NCBI GenBank assembly: GCA_963823035.1
Contig: CAWGKG010000010.1
Coordinates: 160,001-224,000, forward strand
DNA from: an uncultured Gemmatimonadales bacterium
Lineage (GTDB): Bacteria; Gemmatimonadota; Gemmatimonadetes; Longimicrobiales; Gaopeijiaceae
Reading direction: 5' to 3'
Length of the DNA: 64,000 nucleotides
Part shown: piece by piece, positions 52,179-62,284 of the stretch
Layout: every line of letters begins with the position of its first letter
Position numbering within the stretch: position 1 is the stretch's first letter
Translations under genes and position numbers: made by a program
The notes under the pieces: generated by a model
Told to the model about the DNA's origin: nothing
Seen by the model: the letters and a program-made list of their open reading frames with translations, nothing else
The model's database searches: none

Positions 52179-54292
52179 GCCGGCCCACCGGGAGCGGAGG
52201 AACGCGGCATCGCACTCCCCTGATCCGCATGACGCTGGGCGTCTCCGCGATCGTCGCCGCCATGTCGCTGTTCATGTATATCGACATTCCACGACGGCTG
52301 GAGACGCAGGCGATGGTCGCGGTCTCCGACAAGGCGCTGAGCCTCGCGCGCATGTCCGCCTTCAGCCTCGCGGCGGCGGTCTACTTCGACGATCAAGACG
52401 GCGTGGGAGAGGTGCTGCAGGGTCTGAAGGCCGATTCGGACGTCTACTACGTCATCGTGGCGGATCCGGCGAAGCGAACGATCGCGTCGGTGGCCCCCGA
52501 GCGCGCCGAAGAGGACGCCTTCGAGGAGACCACCGAGCCTTCGCTCTGCCCGGACGGACGTGTACTCCGGGTCCAGGCGCCCATCGAGTATCTCGATCGC
52601 ACGGTCGGGACCGTGTACCTCGGGCTGGCGCTGGACCAGATCCAGGCGGCGGTAGCCGAGAGCCGCCGCCAGGTCGCGGGGCTGGCGCTCCTCGTGTTCG
52701 TGATGGCACTCCTCGGCGTCGTCGCGATCGGCGTCCTGATGGAGCGGCTGGAGCGGCGTAATCAGGGCCTGTCCGCGCGCTTCACCACCCTCTTCGACTC
52801 CGCGGACCTGGGCCTGGCGACCATCGACGGCGAGGGCGTCATCCAGGAGCACAACAAGGCGCTGCGCGACATCGTGGGCGCGGCCCACCTCTCCGGACGG
52901 AAGCTCACCTCGCTCCTCGACCCCCTGGACGCCACCCAGGTCGCGGATTGGATCGAGACGCTCCGCAGGAGCGAGCGGGAGAGCCTCCACGGCGAGGTCC
53001 GCCCGGGGCCGCCCGGACCGACCGACGGGCGGTGGCACCTGACGCTCTCGGGCGTGCGCGGCTCCGGAGGGGGGCTCGACTTCGTCATGGCGATCGTGGA
53101 AGACGTGTCGAGTCGCCGCCAGCTCGAGCAACAGCTTCTCCAGGCCCAGAAGATGGAGGCGATCGGGCGGCTTGGCCGGGGGGGTGGCGCACGACTTCAA
53201 CAACCTCCTCACGACGATCAACGGCACGGCGAGCGTCGCGCTCATGGAGATGGACGACGGAGCCGCCATCGAGGAGGACCTGCGCGAGATCCTCGCGGCC
53301 GGGGAGCGAGCGGCGTCGCTGACGCACCAGCTGCTCGCGTTCAGTCGGCGGCAGATGATCCAGCAGAAGGTGGTGGACCTGAACGCCGTGATCGCCGAAA
53401 CCGCGGCCATGCTGCGCCGGCTCATCGGTGAGGACGTGGGCCTGCACCTCGAGCTGGCGCAAGCCGTTCCTCCCGTGCTCGCCGACCCGGGCCAGCTCGG
53501 TCAGGTGCTCATGAACCTCGCGGTGAACGCCCGCGACGCGATGCCCGGCGGCGGTGAGCTGTGGATCGAAACCGGAGCGCTCGAGCTGGACGCGCCGGCC
53601 TCCCTGCGGTACGGGACGCCGCGGATCGGCAGCCATGCGATGCTGCGCGTCCGGGACACGGGGCAGGGGATGGACCAGACCACGCTGTCGATGGTCTTCG
53701 AGCCCTTCTTCACGACGAAGCCGGTCGGGAAGGGCACGGGACTCGGCCTGCCCACGGTCTACGGCATCGTGAAGCAGAGCTCGGGCGGCGTGCTCGTCGA
53801 CAGCACACCGGGGGCGGGCACGACCTTCACGATCGTGCTGCCGGAGCACGTCGGAGTCGGCGTGGTCGTCGAGACCCCGACGTCCGACGAAGAGCAGCTC
53901 ACCCCAGGCAGCGGGACGATCCTGCTGGTCGAGGACGAAGACGCCGTGCGCAAGCTCGTGTCGCGTGTGCTCCGGAGGGTGGGCTACGAGGTGCTCGAGG
54001 CCGCCGACGCGCACGAAGCCATCCAGGTGGCCTCCCGGCACCGTGGGCGTCTGCAGGCGCTGGTGACGGACGTCGTCATGCCGGGAATGGGCGGCACGGA
54101 GCTGGCGCGCACGCTCGTCGCGTTGCATCCGCAGCTCAAGGTCCTGTTCATGTCCGGCTACACGCGCAGCGAGGTGCTGCCCGGCCGAGCAGATCGGCGG
54201 TGACTCGGCGTTCCTGCCGAAGCCGATGACGCCCGGCGGACCTGACACGCACGCTCGCAGAGCTCATCGGCAGGCACCCCGTCCATGCCTGA
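52175..54292 (+). CDS. Hybrid sensor histidine kinase (2 TM, PAS, HisKA, HATPase, receiver); frameshifts near 53178 and 54190-54240
   Basis: QAQKMEAIGRL/AGGVAHDFNNLL, NL.VNARDAM, FEPFFTTK, GTGLGL, ILLVEDE, DVVMP, FMSGY. Confidence 0.85.
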
Positions 54293-54377
54293 GCGCGCGA
54301 CGCCCGGCAAAGCCGGAGCGGCGCGACGTCTCCGGCTCCACTCGCTCCGGCGCGGCCGCGCGCTATCTTGCCGGACC

Positions 54378-55565
54378 ATGACCTCCGACTCCCCCATGGT
54401 CCGCTCCGGACTCCAGCGCCTCGTCGAGGGTGACGCCGGCGCCCACCTGCGCGGCGCCGCCACCGGGCTGATCCTCCATCCCGCTTCCGTGACCGGCGAT
54501 CTGATCCTGGCGGTCGACGCGCTCCTCGAGAGGGGCTTCGACCTGCGCGCGCTCTTCGGTCCCCAGCACGGGGCGCGGGGCGAGAAGCAGGACAACATGA
54601 TCGAGTCGACCCACTACCGGGACCCGCGCACGGGTCTTCCCGTGCACTCCCTCTACAGCGAGGTCCGCAAGCCCGCGCCCGGGATGCTCGCCGGCCTCGA
54701 CGCCGTCCTCTTCGACCTCCAGGACGTGGGGGTGCGCGTCTATACGTTCGCGTGGACCATGGCGCTGTCGATGGAGGCATGCGCGGAGGCGGGGGTTCGC
54801 TTCGTGGTGCTGGACCGTCCCAACCCGGTGGGCGGCGTGCGGCGGGAGGGCCCCGTCCTCCACGCGGGCTTCGAGTCCTTCGTGGGCCTCCACCCGGTGC
54901 CGTTGCGCCACGGGCTGACGGTGGGTGAGCTCGCGCGCTGGCTCAACGAAGCACGGGGCATCGGGTGCGACCTGGAGGTCGTGCCCATGGAGGGGTGGAT
55001 GCGGGAGATGTCGTGGGACGAAACGGGGCTCCCCTGGGTCACCCCCAGCCCGAACCTGCCGACACCGGACTCCTGCGCCGTCTACCCCGGGATGGTCCTG
55101 GTGGAGGGCACGAACCTCTCGGAGGGGAGGGGCACGACGCGTCCCTTCGAGCTCGTGGGTGCCCCGTGGCTGGATGGCTTCGCGCTCGCCGAGCGTCTCG
55201 AGGCGACGGCCCCGGCGGGCGTCCGCTACCGCCCGTGCTGGTTCGAGCCGACGTTCCAGAAGCACGCGGGTGAGGTATGCGGGGGCGTCCAGCTCCACGT
55301 GACCGACGCTACGACGTTCGAGCCGGTGCGCGCCGCCGTGGAGCTCTTCCGGGCCGCCCGCTCGCTGGCACCGGACGATTTCGATTGGCGTCCGCCCCCG
55401 TACGAGTACGAGGAGCGGCTCATGCCGATCGACATCCTCTGGGGCCACGACGGGCTACGCCGAGGGGTGGATGGGGGCCTTTCGACGGAGCGGATCCTCG
55501 AAGGCGTCGAGGGCGAATGCGCGCGGTTCGGCCTCGAGGTGGAGCCGTTCCTGCTCTACGCGTGA
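54378..55565 (+). CDS. Exo-beta-N-acetylmuramidase NamZ family (DUF1343)
   Basis: LFGPQHG, SLY, FDLQDVGVR.YT, LDRPNP, RHGLT.GE, PSPNLP, EGTNLSEGRGTTRPF. Confidence 0.9.
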   Translation: MTSDSPMVRSGLQRLVEGDAGAHLRGAATGLILHPASVTGDLILAVDALLERGFDLRALFGPQHGARGEKQDNMIESTHYRDPRTGLPVHSLYSEVRKPAPGMLAGLDAVLFDLQDVGVRVYTFAWTMALSMEACAEAGVRFVVLDRPNPVGGVRREGPVLHAGFESFVGLHPVPLRHGLTVGELARWLNEARGIGCDLEVVPMEGWMREMSWDETGLPWVTPSPNLPTPDSCAVYPGMVLVEGTNLSEGRGTTRPFELVGAPWLDGFALAERLEATAPAGVRYRPCWFEPTFQKHAGEVCGGVQLHVTDATTFEPVRAAVELFRAARSLAPDDFDWRPPPYEYEERLMPIDILWGHDGLRRGVDGGLSTERILEGVEGECARFGLEVEPFLLYA

Positions 55566-55593
55566 CGGTTCGGGCCGACCCGCTACGCGCCGC

Positions 55594-55986
55594 TCACCGG
55601 CACCAGTCCCGCATCATCGCGAGGTCCGTGGAGATCTGAAGCTCGAGCGTGTCGCCGGGATCCACGTCGATGTTCTCGGTGGTGCAGCGCGGGCCCGCCA
55701 CGAAGTCGAACTCGATGCGCATCGGCTCGGAGAAGCGCCACGGCACCGTGAACACGGCCTCGCTCTTGCCCGTCACGGTGCCGAGCCGCTGGCGTCGGCC
55801 GTCCCGCACGAGCGTCCACAGCGTGACGTCGGAGAAGTTGCGGTTCTGGATCGAGATCCTGACCTCCTCGCGCTCTGCGAGGTCGTCGCTGAAGGGGCTC
55901 CCTGAGCGCCTCGGGCCTCCACTCGCACAGGCGGTCATGGCGAGCAGGGCCCCCGCGAGGGCGAGGCGCGACGCGTGGATGCTCAT
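55594..55986 (-). CDS. Hypothetical lipoprotein
   Basis: MTAC lipobox; paralogue of 55992-56393. Confidence 0.65.
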   Translation of the reverse strand: MSIHASRLALAGALLAMTACASGGPRRSGSPFSDDLAEREEVRISIQNRNFSDVTLWTLVRDGRRQRLGTVTGKSEAVFTVPWRFSEPMRIEFDFVAGPRCTTENIDVDPGDTLELQISTDLAMMRDWCR

Positions 55987-55991
55987 GGCAG

Positions 55992-56393
55992 TTAGCTCTT
56001 CCCGGCGTAGCAGGGCGTCATGCCGATCTGTGTCGGGATGCGCAACCAGACATGGTCGCCCGGGTCGACCGTCATGGGACGGACGCCACAGCCTTCCCCG
56101 CCCACCAGATCGACCCGGAATTCGATCGGAACCGAGAAATTCCACCGGATCTTGAAGTTCTGCTGTGACTTTCCGGTCACCTGACCCAGACGGATGCGCT
56201 CACCGCCCCGCAGCGCGTGGATCGTGGCGTCGCCGAAGTTCTGGTTCTCGATCCGTACCTCGATGGAGCCCTCGCCGCCACGCGAGCCGCCCGCGAAGGG
56301 GTTCCGGGTCGAGGTGACTCGGGCGCAGGCGCCGGGGGCGAGGACGAGGATCGCCATCAACACGGCGCGAATGGGAGTGGAGGACGGCGACAT
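55992..56393 (-). CDS. Hypothetical lipoprotein
   Basis: Hydrophobic signal ending GAC; RBS GAGGAG; paralogue of 55594-55986. Confidence 0.65.
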   Translation of the reverse strand: MSPSSTPIRAVLMAILVLAPGACARVTSTRNPFAGGSRGGEGSIEVRIENQNFGDATIHALRGGERIRLGQVTGKSQQNFKIRWNFSVPIEFRVDLVGGEGCGVRPMTVDPGDHVWLRIPTQIGMTPCYAGKS

Positions 56394-56572
56394 GACGGAA
56401 GGTCTCCTCGGCGCTGAACGTCGTCGCAATATGTACCCCCGATACCCGGGAGTGAGCCGGCCGCTTCGCGGCCGACCGTCGACTCGATTGCATGGAGCCG
56501 GTCCAGGCCCGATCATCCCTGCCGGACCGCCGACCGACGGCCGGGAGGCGCAACCATGGATCGGAGGAACCA

Positions 56573-58822
56573 ATGCCCCGCAGCATCATACGCTCGAGCC
56601 TCGCGCTTCTCTCAGCCCTGGCGGTCATGGCGTTCTTGCCGGCCCAGTCGGCCGACGACGTCCTGCTCGGCTTCACGGCCCAAAGCAGCCAGGCGCAGCG
56701 GGAGCTCGAGGCGCGGTTCGACGCACAGCTGGACACTGCGAGCCTGCGGGAATGGCTGAAGTACCTCACGCGGCATCCCAACCACATCGGCTCTCCCGGC
56801 GGGAAGGAGAACGCCGAGTGGATCGCCGAGCAATTCCGGTCGTGGGGCTTCGACACCCGGATCGACGAGTATCAGGTGCTCTTCCCGACCCCGAAGGAGC
56901 GCATGGTCGAGCTGGTGGCGCCCCGACGCTATCGCCTGAAGCTGGCCGAGCCCGCCGTGAAGGGGGACGCCACCTCGGGGATGACGAAGGACCGCCTTCC
57001 CTCGTACAACGCGTACTCGGCCGACGGGGACGTGGAGGCCGAGATCGTCTACGTGAACTACGGGGTGCCCGCCGACTACGAGGAGCTCGAACGCCGCGGA
57101 ATCGACGTGAAGGGGAAGATCGTGCTCGCGCGCTACGGTGGGTCGTGGCGGGGCATCAAGCCGAAGGTCGCCGCGCAGAAGGGCGCGATCGGGTGCATCA
57201 TCTACTCCGACCCACGCGATGACGGCTACTTCCAGGGCGACGTCTATCCGAAGGGCGCGTATCGCATGGAGCAGGGCGTGCAGCGCGGCTCGGTGGAGGA
57301 CATGCCGCAGTATCCCGGTGATCCGCTCACGCCAGGCGTGGGCGCGACGGCCGACGCGAAGCGGATGACCGTCGAGGAGTCGCCGACGATCATGAAGATC
57401 CCGGTGCTGCCGATCTCCTACGGTGACGCCCAGCCGATCCTCGAGGCGCTGGAGGGTCCCGTGGCCCCCGCGTCGTGGCGGGGTGCCCTCCCGCTCACCT
57501 ACCACCTCGGCCCCGGCCCGGCCCGCGTGCACATGAAGCTGGCCTTCAACTGGGACCTGGTGACCGCGCACGACGTCATCGCCGTGATGCGCGGCTCCGA
57601 GCGGCCGGACGAGTGGGTCGTGCGCGGCAACCACATCGATGGGTGGACGTTCGGCGCGGGTGACCCGCTGTCCGGCTTCGTCGACCTCATGGAAGAGGCA
57701 CGCGCCGTGGGTGCGCTGGTGAAGACCGGGTGGCGCCCGAAGCGCACGATCGTCTACGCCGGCTGGGACGGCGAGGAGCCCGGCCTGCTCGGCTCGACCG
57801 AGTGGGCGGAGGCGCACGGCGCAGAGCTGCAACAGAAGGCCGTCGCCTACATCAACTCGGATGGAAACGGCCGCGGCTTCCTGGGCGTCGGGGGATCGCA
57901 CCAGCTCGAGCGCTTCGTCACGCAGATCGCGGCGGACGTGCCCGACCCGGAACGCCACGTGACGGCCCTCGCGCGGCTCAAGGCCGCGATGGGGGTGCGG
58001 GGCGTGCCGGTGCCCACCGGCGACCTGGACATCTCTCCGCTCGGATCGGGCTCCGACTACACGCCCTTCCTCCAACACCTCGGCATCCCGGCGCTGAACA
58101 TCGGCTACGGGGGTGAGGACGGGGGCGGGTCGTACCACTCGATCTTCGACTCCTACGACCACTACTCCCGCTTCGGCGACACGACGTTCGAGTACGGGGT
58201 GGCCCTCGCCAAGACCGCGGGGCGCGCCACCCTGCGGCTGGCCGACGCCGACGTGCTCCCGTTCCGCTACTCCAACCTCGCCGCCGACGTCGCGGACTAC
58301 CTCGGCGAGGTGAAGAAGCTGGCGGACGACATGCGCACCGAGACCGAGCACCGGAACCAGATGGTGGACCAGGGCGCCTACGTCCTGGCGGCGGACCCGA
58401 CCGAGACGTACGTGCCGCCCGAGAAGAAGGACCCGGTGCCCTACCTCAACTTCGCGCCGCTGGAGAACGCCTCGGCGCGCCTGGGCGCGGCCGCGAAGGC
58501 CTACGACGCGGCGCTGTCGAAGAAGATGGCGTCGGGTGGCCCGAACGCCGCCACCGCGACGCGGCTCAACGGGCTCCTGCAGGGGCTCGAGCAGCGCCTG
58601 ACCCGGAAGGACGGTCTCCCTCGCCGCCCCTGGTTCCGGCATCAGATCTACGCGCCGGGATTCTGGACCGGATACGGCGTGAAGACGCTTCCGGGCGTGC
58701 GCGAGGGGATCGAGGAGCGTTCGTGGGACGAGGTGCGGCAGTTCGTCGACGAGATCTCCGCGGCGCTGAACCGGCTGAGCGACGGGCTGGACGAGGCGAC
58801 GGGGATGCTGTCCACCGGGTGA
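56573..58822 (+). CDS. M28 glutamate carboxypeptidase II-like peptidase (PA and TFR-dimerisation domains)
   Basis: VYVNYG, YSDP.D, VQRGS, GNHIDGW, WDGEE.GL.GSTEW, GSGSDY, YHS, W.RH..YAPG; RBS GGAGG. Confidence 0.92.
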   Translation: MPRSIIRSSLALLSALAVMAFLPAQSADDVLLGFTAQSSQAQRELEARFDAQLDTASLREWLKYLTRHPNHIGSPGGKENAEWIAEQFRSWGFDTRIDEYQVLFPTPKERMVELVAPRRYRLKLAEPAVKGDATSGMTKDRLPSYNAYSADGDVEAEIVYVNYGVPADYEELERRGIDVKGKIVLARYGGSWRGIKPKVAAQKGAIGCIIYSDPRDDGYFQGDVYPKGAYRMEQGVQRGSVEDMPQYPGDPLTPGVGATADAKRMTVEESPTIMKIPVLPISYGDAQPILEALEGPVAPASWRGALPLTYHLGPGPARVHMKLAFNWDLVTAHDVIAVMRGSERPDEWVVRGNHIDGWTFGAGDPLSGFVDLMEEARAVGALVKTGWRPKRTIVYAGWDGEEPGLLGSTEWAEAHGAELQQKAVAYINSDGNGRGFLGVGGSHQLERFVTQIAADVPDPERHVTALARLKAAMGVRGVPVPTGDLDISPLGSGSDYTPFLQHLGIPALNIGYGGEDGGGSYHSIFDSYDHYSRFGDTTFEYGVALAKTAGRATLRLADADVLPFRYSNLAADVADYLGEVKKLADDMRTETEHRNQMVDQGAYVLAADPTETYVPPEKKDPVPYLNFAPLENASARLGAAAKAYDAALSKKMASGGPNAATATRLNGLLQGLEQRLTRKDGLPRRPWFRHQIYAPGFWTGYGVKTLPGVREGIEERSWDEVRQFVDEISAALNRLSDGLDEATGMLSTG

Positions 58823-59377
58823 ACGGCGCGACCCACGTGGCGACGGTACGCACGCTCGAGACGGAGCGGCTGTGCATGGTGCCCGTGGACGCGCGCGGCA
58901 TGAAGGCCTGGTTGGCCGGGGACGGAGCCGTCCTGCGGGAGGCCACCGGCGCGCGGTTCCGGGAGCCGCTGGACGCCCCGCCCCTCTTCCGGGACGACCT
59001 GGGCTTCTTCAGCGAGAAGATGGCCAGCCGTCCCGGACGAGCTGGGCTGGTGGGTGTGGCTGGCCTACCGCCGTGACGACGGGGAGGCGGTGGGGGTGTG
59101 CGGGCTCGGAGGGCCGCCCGACACGGACGGGGCGGTCACGCTCGGGTACTCGGTCTACCCGTACCTCGAGGGGCGCGGCTACGCGACCGAAGCCGCGGGC
59201 GCATTGGTGGCGTGGGCGATGGCGCAGCCCGGCGTGCAGCTCGTGCGCGCAACCGTGCCGCTCGGCCACGCCGCATCGATGGGTGTGGCCCGGAAGCTGG
59301 GCATGACCGATGTCGGTTGGGCCGTGGACCCTGAAGCCGGCGAGGTCGCGGTGTTCGAGAGGGCGCGGGACGTGTAG
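58819..59377 (+). CDS. GNAT (RimJ/RimL-like) N-acetyltransferase; frameshift near 59030
   Basis: LETERL, LGYSV, GRGYATEA, AS..V..KLGM; GTGA overlap. Confidence 0.78.
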
Positions 59378-59384
59378 CGTCGTG

Positions 59385-61751
59385 ATGCACAGGCTGACGA
59401 AGCTGCTCCGGGAGATCCACCGCCGCTCGGTGTGGCAGGTGCTCGGCGTCTACGTCGCCGGGTCGTGGGCCGTTCTGCAGGCGGTGGACTTCGTCACCGG
59501 CTTCCTCGGCCTTCCGGAATGGACGCCGGGGTTCGCGCTCGTCCTTCTGCTGATCGGCCTGCCGATCGTCGGAGTGACGGCCATCATCCAGGAGGGTCCG
59601 CCCGGGCTCACGGGCGAGTACCGCGACGAGGTCGACCCGAACGAGCTGGTGGGGCGCACGCCCGCCGAGGTGCACGTCGACCCCTCGGCGCATCCACTGT
59701 ACTCGGAGCGCCTCTTCACCTGGCGCAACGCCATCCTGGGCGGGGTGGGGGCTGCCGGGCTCCTCGCCGGGTCCGTGGTGGCATACCTCGCCATGTGGGC
59801 GCTCGGGATCGGACCGATGGGCTCGCTCCTCGCCCAGGGCGTTCTCGAGGAGCGGGATCCCGTCATCCTCGCCGACTTCGAGGACCGGGCCGACGACGCC
59901 TCACTCGCGGCGGCGGTGACGGACGCCTTCCGCGTCGACCTGGCGGAGTCACGCGTCGTCACGCTGATGGACGGACGCCTGATCCACGACGTGCTCCAGC
60001 GGATGGGACGAGCGCCGGACGCGCGCCTCGACGCCGGGGCTGCGCGCGAGGTCGCGGTCCACCGGGGAGTGAAGGCCGTGGTGGAGGGCGACGTGTCGCG
60101 CGTGGGTACGGGCTACCTGCTCGCCGCGCGCATCGTGGTGCCCGAGGACGGCCACACGCTCGCGGCCTTCCGCGAGAGCGCGCCGGACGACGCGGGCCTC
60201 CTCCCGGCCATCGATCGGCTGTCGCAGGACGTACGGGAGAAGGCCGGGGAGTCGCTCCGCGACGTGCGCGCCGGGCAGCCGCTGGAGGCGGTCACCACCT
60301 CGTCGCTCGACGCGCTGCGCAGGTTCGCGGAGGCCAACCGGGCCGACGAGGCGGGTGAGGTCGAGAACGCCATCGACCTGCTGAAGGCGGCGGTGGCGCT
60401 CGACCCCTCCTTCGCGATGGCGTGGCGGACGCTCGCCGTCGTCTACCGCAACCGGGGTACCGACCACGCCGCGATGGTGGAGGCCGCCACGCGGGCGTAC
60501 GAGAGCCGCGACCGACTGACGGAGCGGGAGCGTCAGCTTGCCGTGGCCTTGTACAACGATGTCGTGACGGGGGACCTCGACGAGGTGGTGCAGGCGTACC
60601 GGCGCGTGCTGGACGACCATCCCGACGACCCGGCCGCGCTCGACGAGCTGGCCACGGTCTACATGACGCTGGAGCGCTGGGATGACGCGGTGGCGGTCCT
60701 CGAGCACGCCGTCGTCGGTCCGGCGAGGTCGCGCTCCGTGTACGGCAACCTGGTGCGCTGCCTGTACAACGTGGGGCGCAAGGACGAGGCGCAGCGAGCG
60801 CTCGGTCGATGGGGCGAGCTCTATCCGCCGGACTTCGCCTGGTTCCGGCACAGGGCCACCGTCCTGGTCGGGATGGGGGATGCGGACAGCGCCCGCGCCG
60901 TGGCCGACGAGGCCGCCGTTGCCCTCGACGCCGATCTCGTCGGGCGTCTGCGCATGATCGAGCTCGGCGGGCGCGCCGCCGTGGCGCAGGGCAGGCTCGA
61001 CGAGGCGGAGCGGCGGTTCCGCGAAGGCCTGGCCGTCTCCGAAGCCCAGGGACCGAACGAAGGCGCGATCTTCTTCGCCCTGGACATCGCGCGCGCGCAC
61101 ATCGCCCGCGGCGCCGATTCGAGAGCCGAGCTGCGGGCCCTCGACACGGAGGCGGAGCGCAGGTTCGCCGACCTTCCCGAGCTGGATCGCCCGTACCAGG
61201 AGCTCGGCCTGGCCTGGGCGGAGCAGGGCCACGACGCGGGACGGGCGGCGTTCTGGTGGAGCCGGCTGCGCGACGCGACGCCCGAGCAGGTGCGTGAGGG
61301 ACCGACCTTCGGCATCGACGAGTTGTACCGCCGTCACTGGATCGACCTCCTCCGGGGGCGGCCGGCCGACGCGCTCCAGGATCTCCGGGAGCGTCGACGT
61401 CTGAGGCCGTGCCGCTCGTGCGACCTGCGCGAGACCGCCCGGGCCTTCGAGGCGCTCCAACAGCCGGATTCGGCCGTCGTGGCGCTGGAGGCGTGGCTCG
61501 GCCGGGACGACTTCGACGACGTCGTGCGCGCGGCCACGGAGCGCGCGGACGCGCTCACCGGGCTCGCGCGGCTCTACGAGGCGGTCGGGAGGCCGGAAGA
61601 CGCCCGCGCCACGTGGCTCCGCTTCGCCGACCGGTGGGCCGACGCGGACGAGGCGCTCCAGCCGCGCGTGCGGGCGGCGCGCGAGCGCGCGCGCGCCCTG
61701 GCCGCCGTGGCCGCCGCCGGGGGCGGCGCCCCTGGAGCGCCCGCGCCGTGA
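59385..61751 (+). CDS. Membrane-anchored TPR protein (N-terminal TM segments, TolB/FlgO-like domain, TPRs)
   Basis: EIHRRSVWQV...Y....W..LQ, VILADF, VTTSSL.AL, A..LDP.FAMAW, TPR helices. Confidence 0.7.
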   Translation: MHRLTKLLREIHRRSVWQVLGVYVAGSWAVLQAVDFVTGFLGLPEWTPGFALVLLLIGLPIVGVTAIIQEGPPGLTGEYRDEVDPNELVGRTPAEVHVDPSAHPLYSERLFTWRNAILGGVGAAGLLAGSVVAYLAMWALGIGPMGSLLAQGVLEERDPVILADFEDRADDASLAAAVTDAFRVDLAESRVVTLMDGRLIHDVLQRMGRAPDARLDAGAAREVAVHRGVKAVVEGDVSRVGTGYLLAARIVVPEDGHTLAAFRESAPDDAGLLPAIDRLSQDVREKAGESLRDVRAGQPLEAVTTSSLDALRRFAEANRADEAGEVENAIDLLKAAVALDPSFAMAWRTLAVVYRNRGTDHAAMVEAATRAYESRDRLTERERQLAVALYNDVVTGDLDEVVQAYRRVLDDHPDDPAALDELATVYMTLERWDDAVAVLEHAVVGPARSRSVYGNLVRCLYNVGRKDEAQRALGRWGELYPPDFAWFRHRATVLVGMGDADSARAVADEAAVALDADLVGRLRMIELGGRAAVAQGRLDEAERRFREGLAVSEAQGPNEGAIFFALDIARAHIARGADSRAELRALDTEAERRFADLPELDRPYQELGLAWAEQGHDAGRAAFWWSRLRDATPEQVREGPTFGIDELYRRHWIDLLRGRPADALQDLRERRRLRPCRSCDLRETARAFEALQQPDSAVVALEAWLGRDDFDDVVRAATERADALTGLARLYEAVGRPEDARATWLRFADRWADADEALQPRVRAARERARALAAVAAAGGGAPGAPAP

Positions 61752-62284
61752 GCGGGGAAGCCGGGGGCTCCTGGCCGCTGCGCGTCCACCGCGTCCTCGT
61801 GGACGCCGGGGTGACGCAGGTCGGCTACGTGCCGGACGCCGGCCATCGCGCGCTCATCGAGGCCTGCCACGCCGACCCGACCCTGCGGGCCGTGCCCCTT
61901 ACGAGCGAGGAGGAGGGCGTGGGCCTCGCGGCGGGTGCCTGGCTGGGCGGGGCGAGGGCGGTCCTTCTCATGCAGTCGAGCGGCGTCGGCAACCTGGCCA
62001 ACGCGCTCGCCATGGCGAAGACGTGCCGCTTCCCCGTGCCCATGCTCGTCACGATGCGCGGCGAGGAGGGCGAGACGAACCCGTGGCAGCTCCCCATGGG
62101 GGCCGCCGCGGCCGATCTGTTGCGCACGATGGGGGCGCACGTGGTTCGTGCCGCTTCGGCCAATGCGGTCGCGTCCACGGTGGAGGGCGCGCTGCGCCTC
62201 GCGTTCGACGCCGAGGAGGCCGTGGCCGTGCTCATCGCGCAGAGCGTGGTCGGCGTGAAGCAGTTCACGGAGGCGTCGCGATGA
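61748..62284 (+). CDS. Sulfopyruvate/phosphonopyruvate decarboxylase alpha subunit (ComD-like)
   Basis: YVPDAGH, EEEGVG..AGAWLGG, LMQSSGVGN, MRG..GE.NPWQ; GTGA overlap. Confidence 0.78.
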   Translation: MSGEAGGSWPLRVHRVLVDAGVTQVGYVPDAGHRALIEACHADPTLRAVPLTSEEEGVGLAAGAWLGGARAVLLMQSSGVGNLANALAMAKTCRFPVPMLVTMRGEEGETNPWQLPMGAAAADLLRTMGAHVVRAASANAVASTVEGALRLAFDAEEAVAVLIAQSVVGVKQFTEASR

